A model generated the notes under the pieces. That model did not search any database, was not told where the DNA came from, and saw only the letters and a list, made by a program, of their open reading frames with translations. A stretch of DNA of 36,193 nucleotides from Octopus bimaculoides (Eukaryota): the NCBI RefSeq assembly GCF_001194135.2, contig NC_068984.1, positions 9,706,857 through 9,743,049 of the forward strand, written 5' to 3'. A program made the translations under genes and the position numbers. Below are positions 19,038 to 30,095 of this stretch, in pieces. How positions within the stretch are numbered: position 1 is the first letter of the stretch; each line of letters starts with the position of its first letter.

Positions 19038-19480
19038 TGGAGCACATAGCTTAGTGCAGTGGTTCCCAAACTTTTACAGGCTGCCACCCCCTTGGCACCC
19101 AGGCCACATTTCTAGCGCCCCCCCCCCCATCTAACTTACCACTACAATCATAGACAACTTTCTGAAGCAAATTCAAAGCAACTGCATTTCACAAATAAAA
19201 CTTAACCTAATTAACCAATTATTTTGTTGTTTTTACATCAATCGCTACCCAATTATCACCTCACTTTTCTTCAACGCCCCCTTGGAACTTTCCACTGCCC
19301 CCCTGGGGACAGTACCACCCACTTTGAGAACCACTGGCTTAGTGGATAGGGTGTTGATTGGAAGATTGTGGTTTCAATTCTTGAACCAGGTGATGCGATG
19401 TTTTCTTGAGCAACACACTTCATTTCACATTACCCCAGTCCACTCAGCTGGCAAATATGAGTCATCCTGCGACAGACCAG
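19038..19480 (+). mobile_element. tRNA-derived SINE (family E) whose A box is split by a hAT MITE
   Basis: Removing 19057-19344 restores GGAGCACATAGCTTAGTGGATAGGGTG...GGTTTCAATTC...TTCTTGAGCAACACACTTCA. A minus-strand copy of the same family lies at 29950-30095. Confidence 0.75.
19057..19336. mobile_element. hAT (Charlie/Buster-like) MITE, 280 bp
   Basis: TIRs CAGTGGTTCCCAAACT / ACTTTGAGAACCACTG (14/16). Perfect 8-bp TSD GCTTAGTG at 19049-19056 and 19337-19344, with central TA. Confidence 0.92.
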
Positions 19481-20562
19481 GGTCCCATCCAGTGAAGAAT
19501 ATCATCATCGTTTAATGTCCGCTGCCAGAGAAACCAGGAAACTAGTCCTATGCCCCTTGCAGAGTAATGGGGACTAACCATATGGGAAAATATTACCCAG
19601 CTTGGAAACACATGAAAGGCATCCAACACTACAACATCTGCCTCTCTAAATTCCATCTGACCCATGCAAGCATGAAAAAGTGGACGTTAAATGATGATGA
19701 TAATGATGATGGTGACGATGATGATGATGGGATTGGTGTGTCCTTTCCAAGTACATTCCTAGTACAACCGAAGTGGTATTGCTGTTCCCAAAAAAGATTT
19801 GAAATTAGTCTAATGACTTGGACCACTTAATTAATCCCACTTAATTAATCCCACTTAATTAACTAGTGGAGATTAATTACAGTAGAGATAATAATGTGGA
19901 TTGCATAGATTGGTAAAAGATGACACATTGGTATTTAGTCTAATTGTTTGAATCATGTTCTGTATTCGGTTTACTAACCTCTGTAGGGTTTGAACTTAAA
20001 AATGTTGGGGAACGTAACTAAATACTTCCAGACATTTAGTTCAATGCTCCACTGCTTTCACTATTTCACCATTATTCATCCTCTCTTCTATAGAAGCAAA
20101 TAACTGAGCCCCTATGTGGTCTCTTGATCTGCTAGAAATAGCAGTCAAATCTCCAATAATTGCACATAAGCAGCTTAACCCTTTGCCATATTTCCTTAGC
20201 AGCTATGCATCCTATATGATACAGATTCCCAATTTTTGGCAACCAACAGAGTAATTTGGGATCTGTGAAAGGGAAGCCTTATATTGATTGGAATGTATGA
20301 AACAAGGGCTAAAAAAACTAAAAGCGAACCTGGAGGTTTAGGACAAACTTAAAATAACACTTTGGAGAGGCAAAGGGTTAAACGACAAAACGATGAAACA
20401 CCTAGGATAAAATAGTCCTAGATAGACAGTGTCTGAGGTAAAAGATGAGATGATCAAGGCTGGAATGTCTTTGTTATTTAACCCCAGGTTTGAGCAGGTG
20501 TATGTTCAATGCTAAAAGAATTCTTACTTTGGCACAAGGCAACAAAATTACATTGATCACAT

Positions 20563-20945
20563 CATCATCATCATTTAACGTCCGCCTTCCATGCTAGCAT
20601 GGGTTGGACAATTTGACTGAGGACTGGCGAACCAGATGGCTGCACCAGGCTCCAATCTGATTTGGCAGAGTTTCTACAGCTGGATGCTCTTCCTAACGCC
20701 AACCACTCCGAGGGCCAGTCAGGCGGTACTGGCAATGGCCACTCTTAAGTGGTGTTTTTTATGTACCTGTTAATTAATAAAATACTCATTGATTTTTAGA
20801 AAGTTTAGCAGTACCAGCAGGATTTGTACTTTTTTATCCACCCCCAAAATAATGAAAGGCAAATTCGACCTCAGCAGAATTTGAACTCAGAATGTAAATT
20901 GCTGGAAGAAACGGCACTAAACTTTCTGCCTGGCATGCTAACAAA
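20563..20945 (-). mobile_element. Family A SINE (20563-20765) followed by a family D SINE (20805-20945)
   Basis: Family A tail and body motifs, then ATGAAAGGCAAATTCGACCTCAGCAGAATTTGAACTCAGAATG. Confidence 0.8.
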
Positions 20946-21055
20946 GTACACCACAAGCTGTGCCCTGTAAAAATTGGTGAAACTGGGATTAGATAACTGA
21001 TAATGGATAATCTTATATTTTAAGGATTCTCAAAGACTTGTGCTTACAGATAATC

Positions 21056-21568
21056 ATTGTCATCATCATTTAACGTCCGTTGTCCAGGCTGGCATGGGTT
21101 GGACAGTTTGACTGGGCTGGCACTCTGGAAGGCTGCACCAGACTCTAGTCTGATTTGGCACGGTTTTCTACAGCTGGATGCCCTTCCTAACACCAACCAC
21201 TCTGTGAGTGTAGTGAGTGCTTCTACATGCCACCGGTATGGGTGCCATTTACGTGACACCGGGGTACATTTAGATGCCACCGGCACAGGTGCCAATTTGC
21301 GTGACACCAGTATGTCACAACTGTGATTCTGCTCAGCTTGATCGATCTTCTCCAGCATGACATAATACCAAAGGTCTTGGTCATTGATCCGTGACACTCA
21401 ACACTCAAAAAGAACTCAGTCACCTCGCCTCCGTGAGGCCCAATGCTCAAAAGGAACTCAACCACCTCACTTCTGTGAGGCTCAATGCTCAGAAGGAACT
21501 CACCCACCTCGCTTCCATGAAGCCCAACACTCAAAAGGTACTCAACCACTTTGCTTCCACAAGGCCCA
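21056..21568 (-). mobile_element. Family A SINE with an internal 42-bp tandem array
   Basis: Family A tail at 21056-21210. Units start at 21389, 21431, 21473, 21515 and 21557 (partial), consensus about CCGTGAGGCCCAATGCTCAAAAGGAACTCAACCACCTCGCTT. Confidence 0.8.
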
Positions 21569-22199
21569 AAATTACTCAGAAATAAAGGCATGGATAGCAT
21601 AAACGAGTACCAACATATGGATTATAAGTTCAAATCACAGCATGTATTTGCCGGTGTCTATGCACCAAACAGTTATATACATAAATCAATCAAGTTGATT
21701 TATACGGCAGAAAGTTTTTTGATCCGATATCATTTTATTCTTTATTCACACAGCTCAATATATGAGTCGAGTAGCTCCAAGGATTTCAAACTACCAATAA
21801 TTGTGTTCACAAGGTGTTTTTTAAAAACTTTTCTTTTCATCTTGAAAAAGGTAATATCAGTATTTTCCATTTCCCCTTTATTGTACAGCCATTAATACCT
21901 GTCCATGAAATCATTACCACCATTCCAGGTAATTTTTACGGCTACGTTAATTTGCGCTCCAGCTGTTAACATTCTAAGTAGATCAAAAATGGTGATGCTT
22001 AGAGATGGATTGAACTTGGCAACTTTTAAAGATTCCTACTCTAAAGCACACATAGGCTGAAACCAAAATGCATAGAGCTAAAAGAATGATTGGTTGATTG
22101 ATGTGTACATAGTGATCATTGAATTCTGGCCGATAGTCTGCAGAAAGAGGGAAATAGAAATTTGGAAAATGATTGCTACAAGAAATGAAGACGAAATGT

Positions 22200-22296
22200 A
22201 ACAACACACAGGCACACACATGCTCACACACACACTCACATACTCCAACACTTACACACCCTCACACACACATGCTGACATACTCTCACACGCCCT

Positions 22297-22334
<38 letters not shown>

Positions 22335-22610
22335 CTCTCTCTCTGTTTCTCTCTTTCACTCACATACACATACACTTGTACTCTTTCTCTCTCTCCCTCT
22401 CTCTTCCCTTCTCTTTCTCTCTCTCACCTTCTCTCTCTCACACATACACACACACACATGCTGACATACTCTCACACTCACATGCCCTCACTCACTCACA
22501 CACACACACACATGCACTCTGTCTCTCTGTTTCTCTCTTTCACTCACACACACATACGCATGCGCTCTTTCTCTCTCTCCCCCCTTCTCTTTCTCACCTT
22601 GTCTCTCTTC

Positions 22611-22655
<45 letters not shown>

Positions 22656-22660
22656 TGACA
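22200..22660. repeat. Compound (CA)n/(CT)n microsatellite with an internal duplication of about 190 bp
   Basis: CACATGCTGACATACTCTCACAC...CTCTGTCTCT..CTGTTTCTCTCTTTCACTCACA occurs at about 22268 and about 22456. Confidence 0.85.
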
Positions 22661-23570
22661 TACCTTAAAATATTCAGAAACATCAAATGTGCTTAATAAT
22701 TCGTAGCAGAGGTTGAAGTGTGGGTGGAGGAGAGGAATGAAATTCAACAGCATTTCACATGGTCAATAATTCTCAAAAGGTAAAAATTAACACCTTTTGA
22801 GATATAAGATCAATAAAATTTACAGGCTGAAAAAAAAAAAAACAAAAAACAAAAAAAACAAGAAACAAGAAATCAATAGCATTAGATGAGAGACGAGCGA
22901 TAAGTAGGTCTGATAGACTCTGGAGAGATTACGCAACACCAAATGTAATTGATATTCCTTTCTATGAAGCACATAAAATAATCATCATCCACTATTAACA
23001 CAATGGCCTCTAATCTTTCCAACGCCTAACTTAATAACCAATCCATTTAGATGCATCTCGTGCACTTAACTTTCATTCTCCGATGGCAGTTACCTACACT
23101 GGTATCACACCTCTCAGATCTTGTGTTAAACATTTTATTTAATCTTTCTTCTCCATAACTGCAGGCATCTGGGAACTCCTCCACCTTCATAATATTAACC
23201 TCAAACAGTTGGAACCGGTCGTTAACTTTACTAACCTCTTTCAGTTATCTCCAACCTGCAGTCACAGAACAAATAAATAAATGAATAAACACTATGTCCC
23301 TGTGAAAAGCCGCAGCGGATAAGCTAATCTTTGTGGTGGGACATCCAACTGTAATAGATGCAGTTGATATCTTCCGTAGAGAGCATCTCTTTCAAACAGC
23401 CGTCATGAGAATCGGTAGAATAGCCGAGTGTAACACCAGATATTATCAAAGAATAACATACAATGAATTAATAGCAGATACAGGGAAAATAATAGGGACA
23501 TGATCAATAAGTTATTAGATTGCCGGCTAAGGAGCTTTTATCTTCAACTTAAGAAAAAAAATATAAGCAA

Positions 23571-24155
23571 GCAGATGTGGCTGTGTGGTAAGGCGGTGAG
23601 CTGGCAGAAACGATAGGACGCCGGGCGAAATGCTTGGTGATATTTCGTCAGCCGTTACGTTCTGAGTTCAAATTCCGCCGAGGTCGACTTTGCCTTTCAT
23701 CCTTTCGGGGTCGATTAAATACGTACCAGTTATATACTGGGGTCGATATAATCGACTTAATCCGTTTGTATGTCCTTGCTTGTCCCCTCTGTGTGTAGCC
23801 CCTTGTGGGCAGTAAAGAAATAAGAAGCTTGCTTCCCAACCACATGGTTCTGGGTTCAGTCACATTGCGTGGCACCTTGGACAAGTGTCTTTGACTATAG
23901 CCTCGGGCCAACCAAAGCCTTGAGTGAATTTGGCAGACGGAAACTGAAAGAAGCCCATCGTATGTTTGTGTGTGTGTGTGTCACCACCACTTGTGTTCTT
24001 GTCCCCATAACTTGGCAGTTCAACAAATAAAGACCAAGAGAATAAGTACAAGGCTTTTAAAAACAGTAAGTATTAGGGCCAATTCATTCAACTAGTAAGT
24101 TTTCAAGTGTTGCCCCAGCATGGCCACAGTCAAATGACTGAAACAAATAAAAGAA
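23571..24155 (+). mobile_element. Family C SINE interrupted by a complete family D SINE
   Basis: GTGGCTGTGTGGTAAG | insert | AAGCTTGCTTCCCAACCACATGG... The host continues through the CORE-like motif to the 3' end. Confidence 0.85.
23593..23820 (+). mobile_element. Complete, young-looking family D tRNA SINE
   Basis: GCGGTGAGCTGGCAGAAACG...GAGTTCAAATTCCGCCGAGGTCGAC...GGGCAGTAAAGAAA. CpG-rich, flanked by TAAG at 23589-23592 and 23821-23824. Confidence 0.88.
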
Positions 24156-24164
24156 GCCCCTCAA

Positions 24165-24505
24165 AATATGGCCTCAAGTTCAATCCCAATACAGGACACC
24201 TTGGGCAAGTGTCTCCTACTATGAGCTCCAGACTAGGCAAAGCTTAGTGAGCGGATGTGATAGATGGAAACTGAAAGAAGCCTCTCATAAATGATTATAT
24301 ATGTATGTGTATTTGTAAAAGAGTATCACTTTCTGTGAAAAACATGGGTGGTCATGGGGTAATATTAGCTTGCTTGGAAACAGATGAGGGTTAGCAACAG
24401 GAAAGGCATCCAACCCCATAGAAAATCTGATTCAACAAATTCTGTGTCTGATCCATGCAAGCAAGGAAAAGTGGATGGTGAATGATGATGATGATGATGA
24501 TGATG
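24165..24505 (+). mobile_element. Family C fragment (24165-24300) plus family B SINE (24330-24505)
   Basis: ACACCTTGGGCAAGTGTC...GGAAACTGAAAGAAGCC, then GGGTTAGCAACAGGAAAGGCATCC...CCATGCAAGCAAGGAAAAGTGG..(TGA)n. Confidence 0.7.
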
Positions 24506-25384
24506 AATAATCGTAATAGATCTCAGCATTCTGTAAATAGAAAGATCTATCTACCATCATTGAAAATCTACAGAAGCTGGAATTAAGCAACTTGTCCAAG
24601 GAATCCCTGTGGCTCAAAGATGGATAATGAAACCATCTGAGATGGTCACCGAAAGATAACAAACAGCACGCATAGAGAAAATATGCAATAAATAATAGCT
24701 ACGATGGAAAACAGTTTAAACACAGGCAGAGCAGATACTGTGAAGAGATAACTGGCAACTACAGTCAATAAATACCAACTACAGCGAAATTTATCTGAGA
24801 GGAAAATCTTAATAAAATGCCTAATTTTATATCTTGTTTTTTTGGGGGGGGGGTTCTTTTTTTCTATATGAATATTAATTTAAATTAAATTTTCAATATT
24901 ATTTTTAACCACCGCAGAAATTAATGGAAACAAATAAAATAAACAAAGTGTAAACAAGGCTAAAAATCAATGAAGCAAGCACATCAATGTAGTTGATTAA
25001 ATACGAAATACTTGCTCAATATCATTATTATAATCATTCATCTTTGGTTAATCTACTGATTGTATTAGTGAACGTTGCATGCAATAAGAGCAAAACTGAA
25101 AATCATAATCCAATAAAATGGACAATTGGCAATCACAGATTTAACGAAGTTTTAATGATGTTTGATTTAAGTTTGATGGAAGAATACACTAATTCTTAAA
25201 CTGCTTGAAAGCATCTTAATGTTAATCTGCTGGGTGAAAGATTAATTTCGTTTTGTTTTTGGTTTTGATCAAGGAAGGGGGGGGGGATTAGATTTTTGTT
25301 TTTGTTTTTGTTTTCAAGACACATGTAACATCTGATTGTATCAGAATGAAGTACAAGTAACCTATTAAAAAAAAAAAAAAATCA

Positions 25385-25640
25385 CTGCCATCATTGTCAT
25401 TTGACGTCCACTTTTCCGTGCTTGCATGCGTTGGACAGAGTTTATTAAGGCAGATTTTCTACAACCAGATGCCCCTTTTTTGTTGCCAACCCTCACTTGC
25501 TTCCAAGCAAGGTAATATTTCCTCCTGGCTAGACATGTTTTTGCAGAAGATCGGAAATGAATGACACTGCTTGTATAACAATGGCATTCATTTACGACCA
25601 TCACACTATGTCAAAACAAAGAAACACATACACACTCATA
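25385..25640 (-). mobile_element. Family B SINE
   Basis: TGACGTCCACTTTTCCGTGCTTGCATG...CCAACCCTCACTTGCTTCCAAGCAAGGTAATATTTCC...CACTATGTCAAAACAAA. Confidence 0.75.
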
Positions 25641-25756
25641 TATACATACATACGTGTGTGTGTGTGTGGTCGATGCCAGTGTCGCATAACTAGCACCCGT
25701 GCCAGTGGCATATAGAAAGCACCTTTTGAACGTTAAACCTCATAGAGGAACTGTAC

Positions 25757-25996
25757 TTGAGAAGAAGATTCATCAAGCCAAGTGAAATGCAAGTCAGAGA
25801 AAGTAGCGTTTGTATGTGGAAGATATAAGGAAGTCATGAAGACCACAGATACACGGGAAAATGATTTCCTTAAATGTCCTGGTGGCTCTCTGGAAGATGT
25901 AGATAAGTTTTGCTACCCAGGTGACATAATTAGCAGTGGAGGAGGTTATATGAAAAGTGTAATTGCTAGAAGACTTTAACCTCTGTTGGCAACCAA

Positions 25997-26043
<47 letters not shown>

Positions 26044-26053
26044 NNNNNNNNNN

Positions 26054-26100
<47 letters not shown>

Positions 26101-26705
26101 TCTCTCTCTCCCCCCTCCCCCCTCTCTCTTTCTCTGAGTGAAAGGAAGATTGTATGATGCATGTGTATGAAATGCAATGCTGCATGGTAGTGAGATGTGG
26201 GCCCTGAACGCAGAGGACATGAAACGGATGGAGAGGAATGAAGCTGGTATGTTTTGCTGGATGTGTGATGCCAGTGTGCATGTGCAACAGAGCATTGGTG
26301 CATTGAGAGAGAATTTGGGCAATGGAGGAATTAGATGCAGAAAGGAAGGAGGCTGTGCTGGTTTGGTTATGTGATGTGGGATGGATGAGGGCAGTTGCAT
26401 GAAGAAGTAGCAATTACTTAAAGCAGAGGAAAGTTGTGGAAGAGGGAGACCCAGGAAGATATGGGAAGAAATTTTGAAGGCTGATCTCGAAATGCTGAGT
26501 CATACGAAGAGGAGAAAGGACCGAGAAATGCAGCACATTGCTGTACTCTAGAAGATCTGCCCACCACAACAGAATTAGGATTCTAAACCTAAGGTGCCAT
26601 ATACAAAACACCCAGTACACTCTGTAGAGTGGTTGAACTTGCTAGTTCCTATCAAGTGGTCCAACCCATGCCAGCATGGACCATGGACATTAAATGGTGA
26701 TGATA
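25757..26705 (+). mobile_element. Decayed RTE-clade LINE (RT C-terminal half to 3' tail)
   Basis: Frames give KCKSEKVAFVCGR..., SLEDVDKFCYPGDIISSGGG, PLLATKGL[(CT)n]SL.VKGRLYDAC, MLHGSEMWALNAEDMKRMERNEAGM, GRGRPRK. It ends CCAACCCATGCCAGCATGG...GGACATTAAATGGTGATGA, the family A/B tail. Confidence 0.88.
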
Positions 26706-26749
26706 TATATATATATATATATATATATAGTTGATTTTATATGTGTGCT

Positions 26750-27145
26750 GGTGTCACACAAAAAATACCCATGCTGGTACCACATAAGTACCTATGCTAG
26801 GGGGCCACATAAAAAGCACCCAGTACACTCTGCAAAGTGGTTGGCATTAGGAAGGGCATCCAACCAAAGAAACCTTGCCAAAACAGACAATTGGATTCTG
26901 GTGCAGCTCTCCGACTTGCCAGCCCCTGTCAAGTCATCCAACCCATGCCAGCATGGAAAACGGAAGTTAAATGATGATGATGATGATGAAGATTATATAT
27001 ATGGGCTTCCTTCAGTTTCTGTCTACCAAATCCACTCCCAAGACTTTGGTTGGCCAGGTAAAACACATGCCTAATGTAATTCACAGCGTGAATGAACCTG
27101 AGACCATGTGGTTGGGAAAGCAAACTTCTTAACCACACAATTATG
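26750..27145. mobile_element. Family A 3' part (+, 26750-26990) abutting a family C head (-, 26997-27145)
   Basis: TGGTTGGCATTAGGAAGGGCATCC...GTTAAATGATGATG, then GGGCTTCCTTCAGTTTCTGTCTACC...GGTTGGGAAAGCAAACTTCTTAACCACAC. Confidence 0.8.
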
Positions 27146-27479
27146 CTAATAAGTGTAAAATAGAAGGGGAGAAAAAGAAAAGAAAGAAAGCGACAAGAAG
27201 GGGACAGAGCAGTGTTCTGGAATGTGGAACCATATTCTGAATGAATGGAATGCAAATAACTTTACCGAATTTACTCAAGGAACATCTCAAGGCCACAGAC
27301 TACCTAGAAGCTTCCAATCCCAAGTCAGTCCAAGCTGAAGGAATTTTGATATTTCCGTTGTAACACTGAAGTTCTTTAACGACAACAACAACAATAAGGA
27401 AAAAAAACGAAAGGGAAAAAACTGAAAGAAGACAAGGAAAGAGAATGAATGATGTAAAAGAAAGAAAAGAAACAAGATG

Positions 27480-27905
27480 TGCAGGCATGACTGTGGTAAG
27501 AAGCTTGCTTCCCAACCATATGGTTCCGGGTTCAGTCCCACTACATGGCACCTTGGGCAAGTGTTCTACTACAGCCTCAGGTCAATCAAAGCCTCATTGG
27601 TGGATTTGATAGACGGAAACTGAAAGAAGCCCATTGCGCACATGTGTGTGTGTGTGTGTGCTTATATGTACATTTAGATGTGTATCTTTCTGTCTGTTTG
27701 TCCTCCAACACTACCTGACAACCAATGTTGGTGTGTTTATGTCCCTATAACTTAGCAGTTCAGTAAGACCGACAGAATAGGTACCGGGCTTTAAAACAAA
27801 AAAAATAAAATAAGTGCTAAGGTTGATTCATTCGACTAAAAATCATTCAAGGTGGTGCCCCAGCATGGCCACAGTCTAATGACTGAAACAAGTAAAAGAT
27901 AAAAG
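27480..27905 (+). mobile_element. Full-length family C CORE-type SINE
   Basis: Same head, CORE-like motif, (TG)n and 3' body as 17099-17500. A decayed head also lies at 29245-29440. Confidence 0.85.
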
Positions 27906-28487
27906 ACAAAGTTAGAGAAAAAAAGATGAGAAAAAAGTGGAGAAACAAATGAAAAAGAAAAATATTTAAAAAATAACAGGAATAAAAGAGAACAAAAAAG
28001 GTGACAAAAGAATTGATTCTTGAGGAATTACAGAATTTTTTTGGTAAATTCATTTGAGATAGGAAAGCAAAATGAGAGCAAAATGAAATTTATTTCTGCT
28101 AAAAGTTGGACATGAAAAATAATAAAGTGAGAAAGCCAATAATGAAATTATTATCAAAAAGAAAGATAAAAAGAAACGCTGAGAATACAGAATAAAAGTA
28201 AACAAAATGAAATAAAATTAATAAACAAATCTTATTAGATGAGAAGATGAAAGAATATAACAAAAATTCGTTGAATGAAAAGACATTTAAGACTTTAATT
28301 ATCAAAACATTTCTGATTATTAAATTAATAACACAAAAAGAAACACACACATACAGAGTCACCAATACACATAAACAATGATTTTGATCTGTGAAAATTT
28401 GAAAGGGAAATTTTGGTCAAATCACATACAAAATCTAAATGACAACATCATGTGATCACTGATTTCATAGCTGGCAATGGCACAAAA

Positions 28488-28925
28488 TACTTGATATCAA
28501 AGGTGACAATATCACATGACAGCTGGTATCATTTAGTGACAATCTCACATGAACAGAAGATATCACAGATGACAATGTCACATGAACAGTTGATATCACA
28601 GATGGCAGTATCATATGAACAGTTGATATCATAAATGACAATGTTACATGAACAGTTGATATCACCAGTGACAATGTCACATGAACAGTTGATCTCATAG
28701 ATGGCAGTATCACATGAACAGTTGATATCAGTGACAATGTCACATGAACAGTTGATAACATAGATGGCAATGTCACATGACAGTTGATATCATAAGTGAC
28801 ATCACATGACAGTTGATATCATTAAGTGAAAATCTCACATGGTAGATGGTTTCAGAGACGACAATGATCACATGACAGTTCATTTCATAAGATGACAATG
28901 ATCACATGAGAGTTGATTTTATATG
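28488..28925. repeat. 33-bp minisatellite (about 13 units, decaying at both edges)
   Basis: Core unit AACAGTTGATATCACAGATGACAATGTCACATG, with variants of 29-33 bp. Confidence 0.9.
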
Positions 28926-29436
28926 TAACAAAACCACAGCCAATAGGGAGCTTTTACACAATTGCTTAACCTGCTAGATATAATAGCCAAATCTCATTCA
29001 AAATTACACTGTACAGTTTTAAAAAAACACTAAACATTATAGTCCTAGATACACTGTGACTGAATAAAAAAAAACTGATAAAATGCCCTTCATCAATAAT
29101 CCTGCTTAATCAGAGCTGACTGAATATTTAACAACAATGGCCTTTTATGATTAATGTTGCTGCAACTACAACTGCATTGGCCAACTAAGTCCTGATTAAA
29201 TCAAGACCATCTCCTGAGAATAATCAAAGAAAAATACATGATGCTCACAGGCATGGCTGTGTGGTTAAGAAGGTTGTTCTGCAGCCATGAGGCTTCATGT
29301 TCAGTCCCACTACACAGCACCACGAGCAAGTGTCTTCTACTGTAATCTCAGGGTGACCATTGTCTCCTGAGTGAATTTCATAGACAGAAATTGTGGGGAA
29401 ACCTGTCTCGCACATGCATGTGTGTGAGTATGTATG

Positions 29437-29470
<34 letters not shown>

Positions 29471-29475
<5 letters not shown>

Positions 29476-29720
29476 GTAATATAATGTGTGATAATTATTC
29501 AGTTGCCATATGTCGGGGTGGAAATGTGTTCCGGCATCTCATCAATTATTAAGATAATCAAAAAATGCTATGAAAATGACCGTTAAACAAAGGGGACTTA
29601 CAGTCATTTACATAGCATTTTTTGATTGTCTTAATAACTGACGAGATGCCAGAGTAGGTTTCCGCCCCCCCCCCCCCCCCACCGACATCCAAATAATTGT
29701 CACATATTATATTACAGATA
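29471..29720. repeat. 250-bp fold-back (palindromic) element with a partial hammerhead core
   Basis: Arms 29471-29583 and 29600-29720 are diverged reverse complements around a 16-nt loop. The right arm has CTGACGA (29638-44) GATG...CATC (29686-89) but no GAAA. Confidence 0.85.
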
Positions 29721-29796
29721 AATTTCTCTATTTACATAATATTGAGGTCTCATTCATTCTTTTGTTGATGTAAATGAAAGCGTCCCTTACAATAAT

Positions 29797-29832
29797 GAAC
29801 TCTCATCTGTCGTTAACAACAGATGTGAGTTC
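29797..29832. repeat. 36-bp loopless near-palindrome
   Basis: GAACTCTCATCTGTCGTT|AACAACAGATGTGAGTTC, 16/18 complementary pairs. Confidence 0.75.
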
Positions 29833-29949
29833 TGCAATCACTTGCTGATCAACCTGTACAGGTGATTGGTTTACAATGATCACATGGTCATGCTGTACAT
29901 TAGCTCACGCCCTCCACCAAATCAACATTGCCAGTGCAGGAGCATGGTG

Positions 29950-30095
29950 TGCCAAACATCAGATGTTGAACTGACTACAGAATAACATGACGTGAAGTGT
30001 TTCGTTCAAGAACACAGTACACCACCTAGTCCAGCAATTGAAACCGCAATCTTGCAATCATGAATGCAGCAGCCTAACCACTAAGCCACAAACCT
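29950..30095 (-). mobile_element. Family E tRNA SINE
   Basis: GTGAAGTGTTTCGTTCAAGAACACA...AATTGAAACCGCAATCTT...CCTAACCACTAAGCCAC is the reverse complement of the head seen at 19038-19480. Confidence 0.7.

Noticed and set aside
22173-26413. ORFs 22173-22658, 22220-22696, 25794-26303, 25966-26400 and 25976-26413
   Set aside because: They are driven by (CA)/(CT) tracts or are antisense to the decayed RTE.
21389-28925. 42-bp and 33-bp arrays as CRISPR-like repeats
   Set aside because: The units are head-to-tail without unique spacers, there are no cas genes, and the context is eukaryotic.
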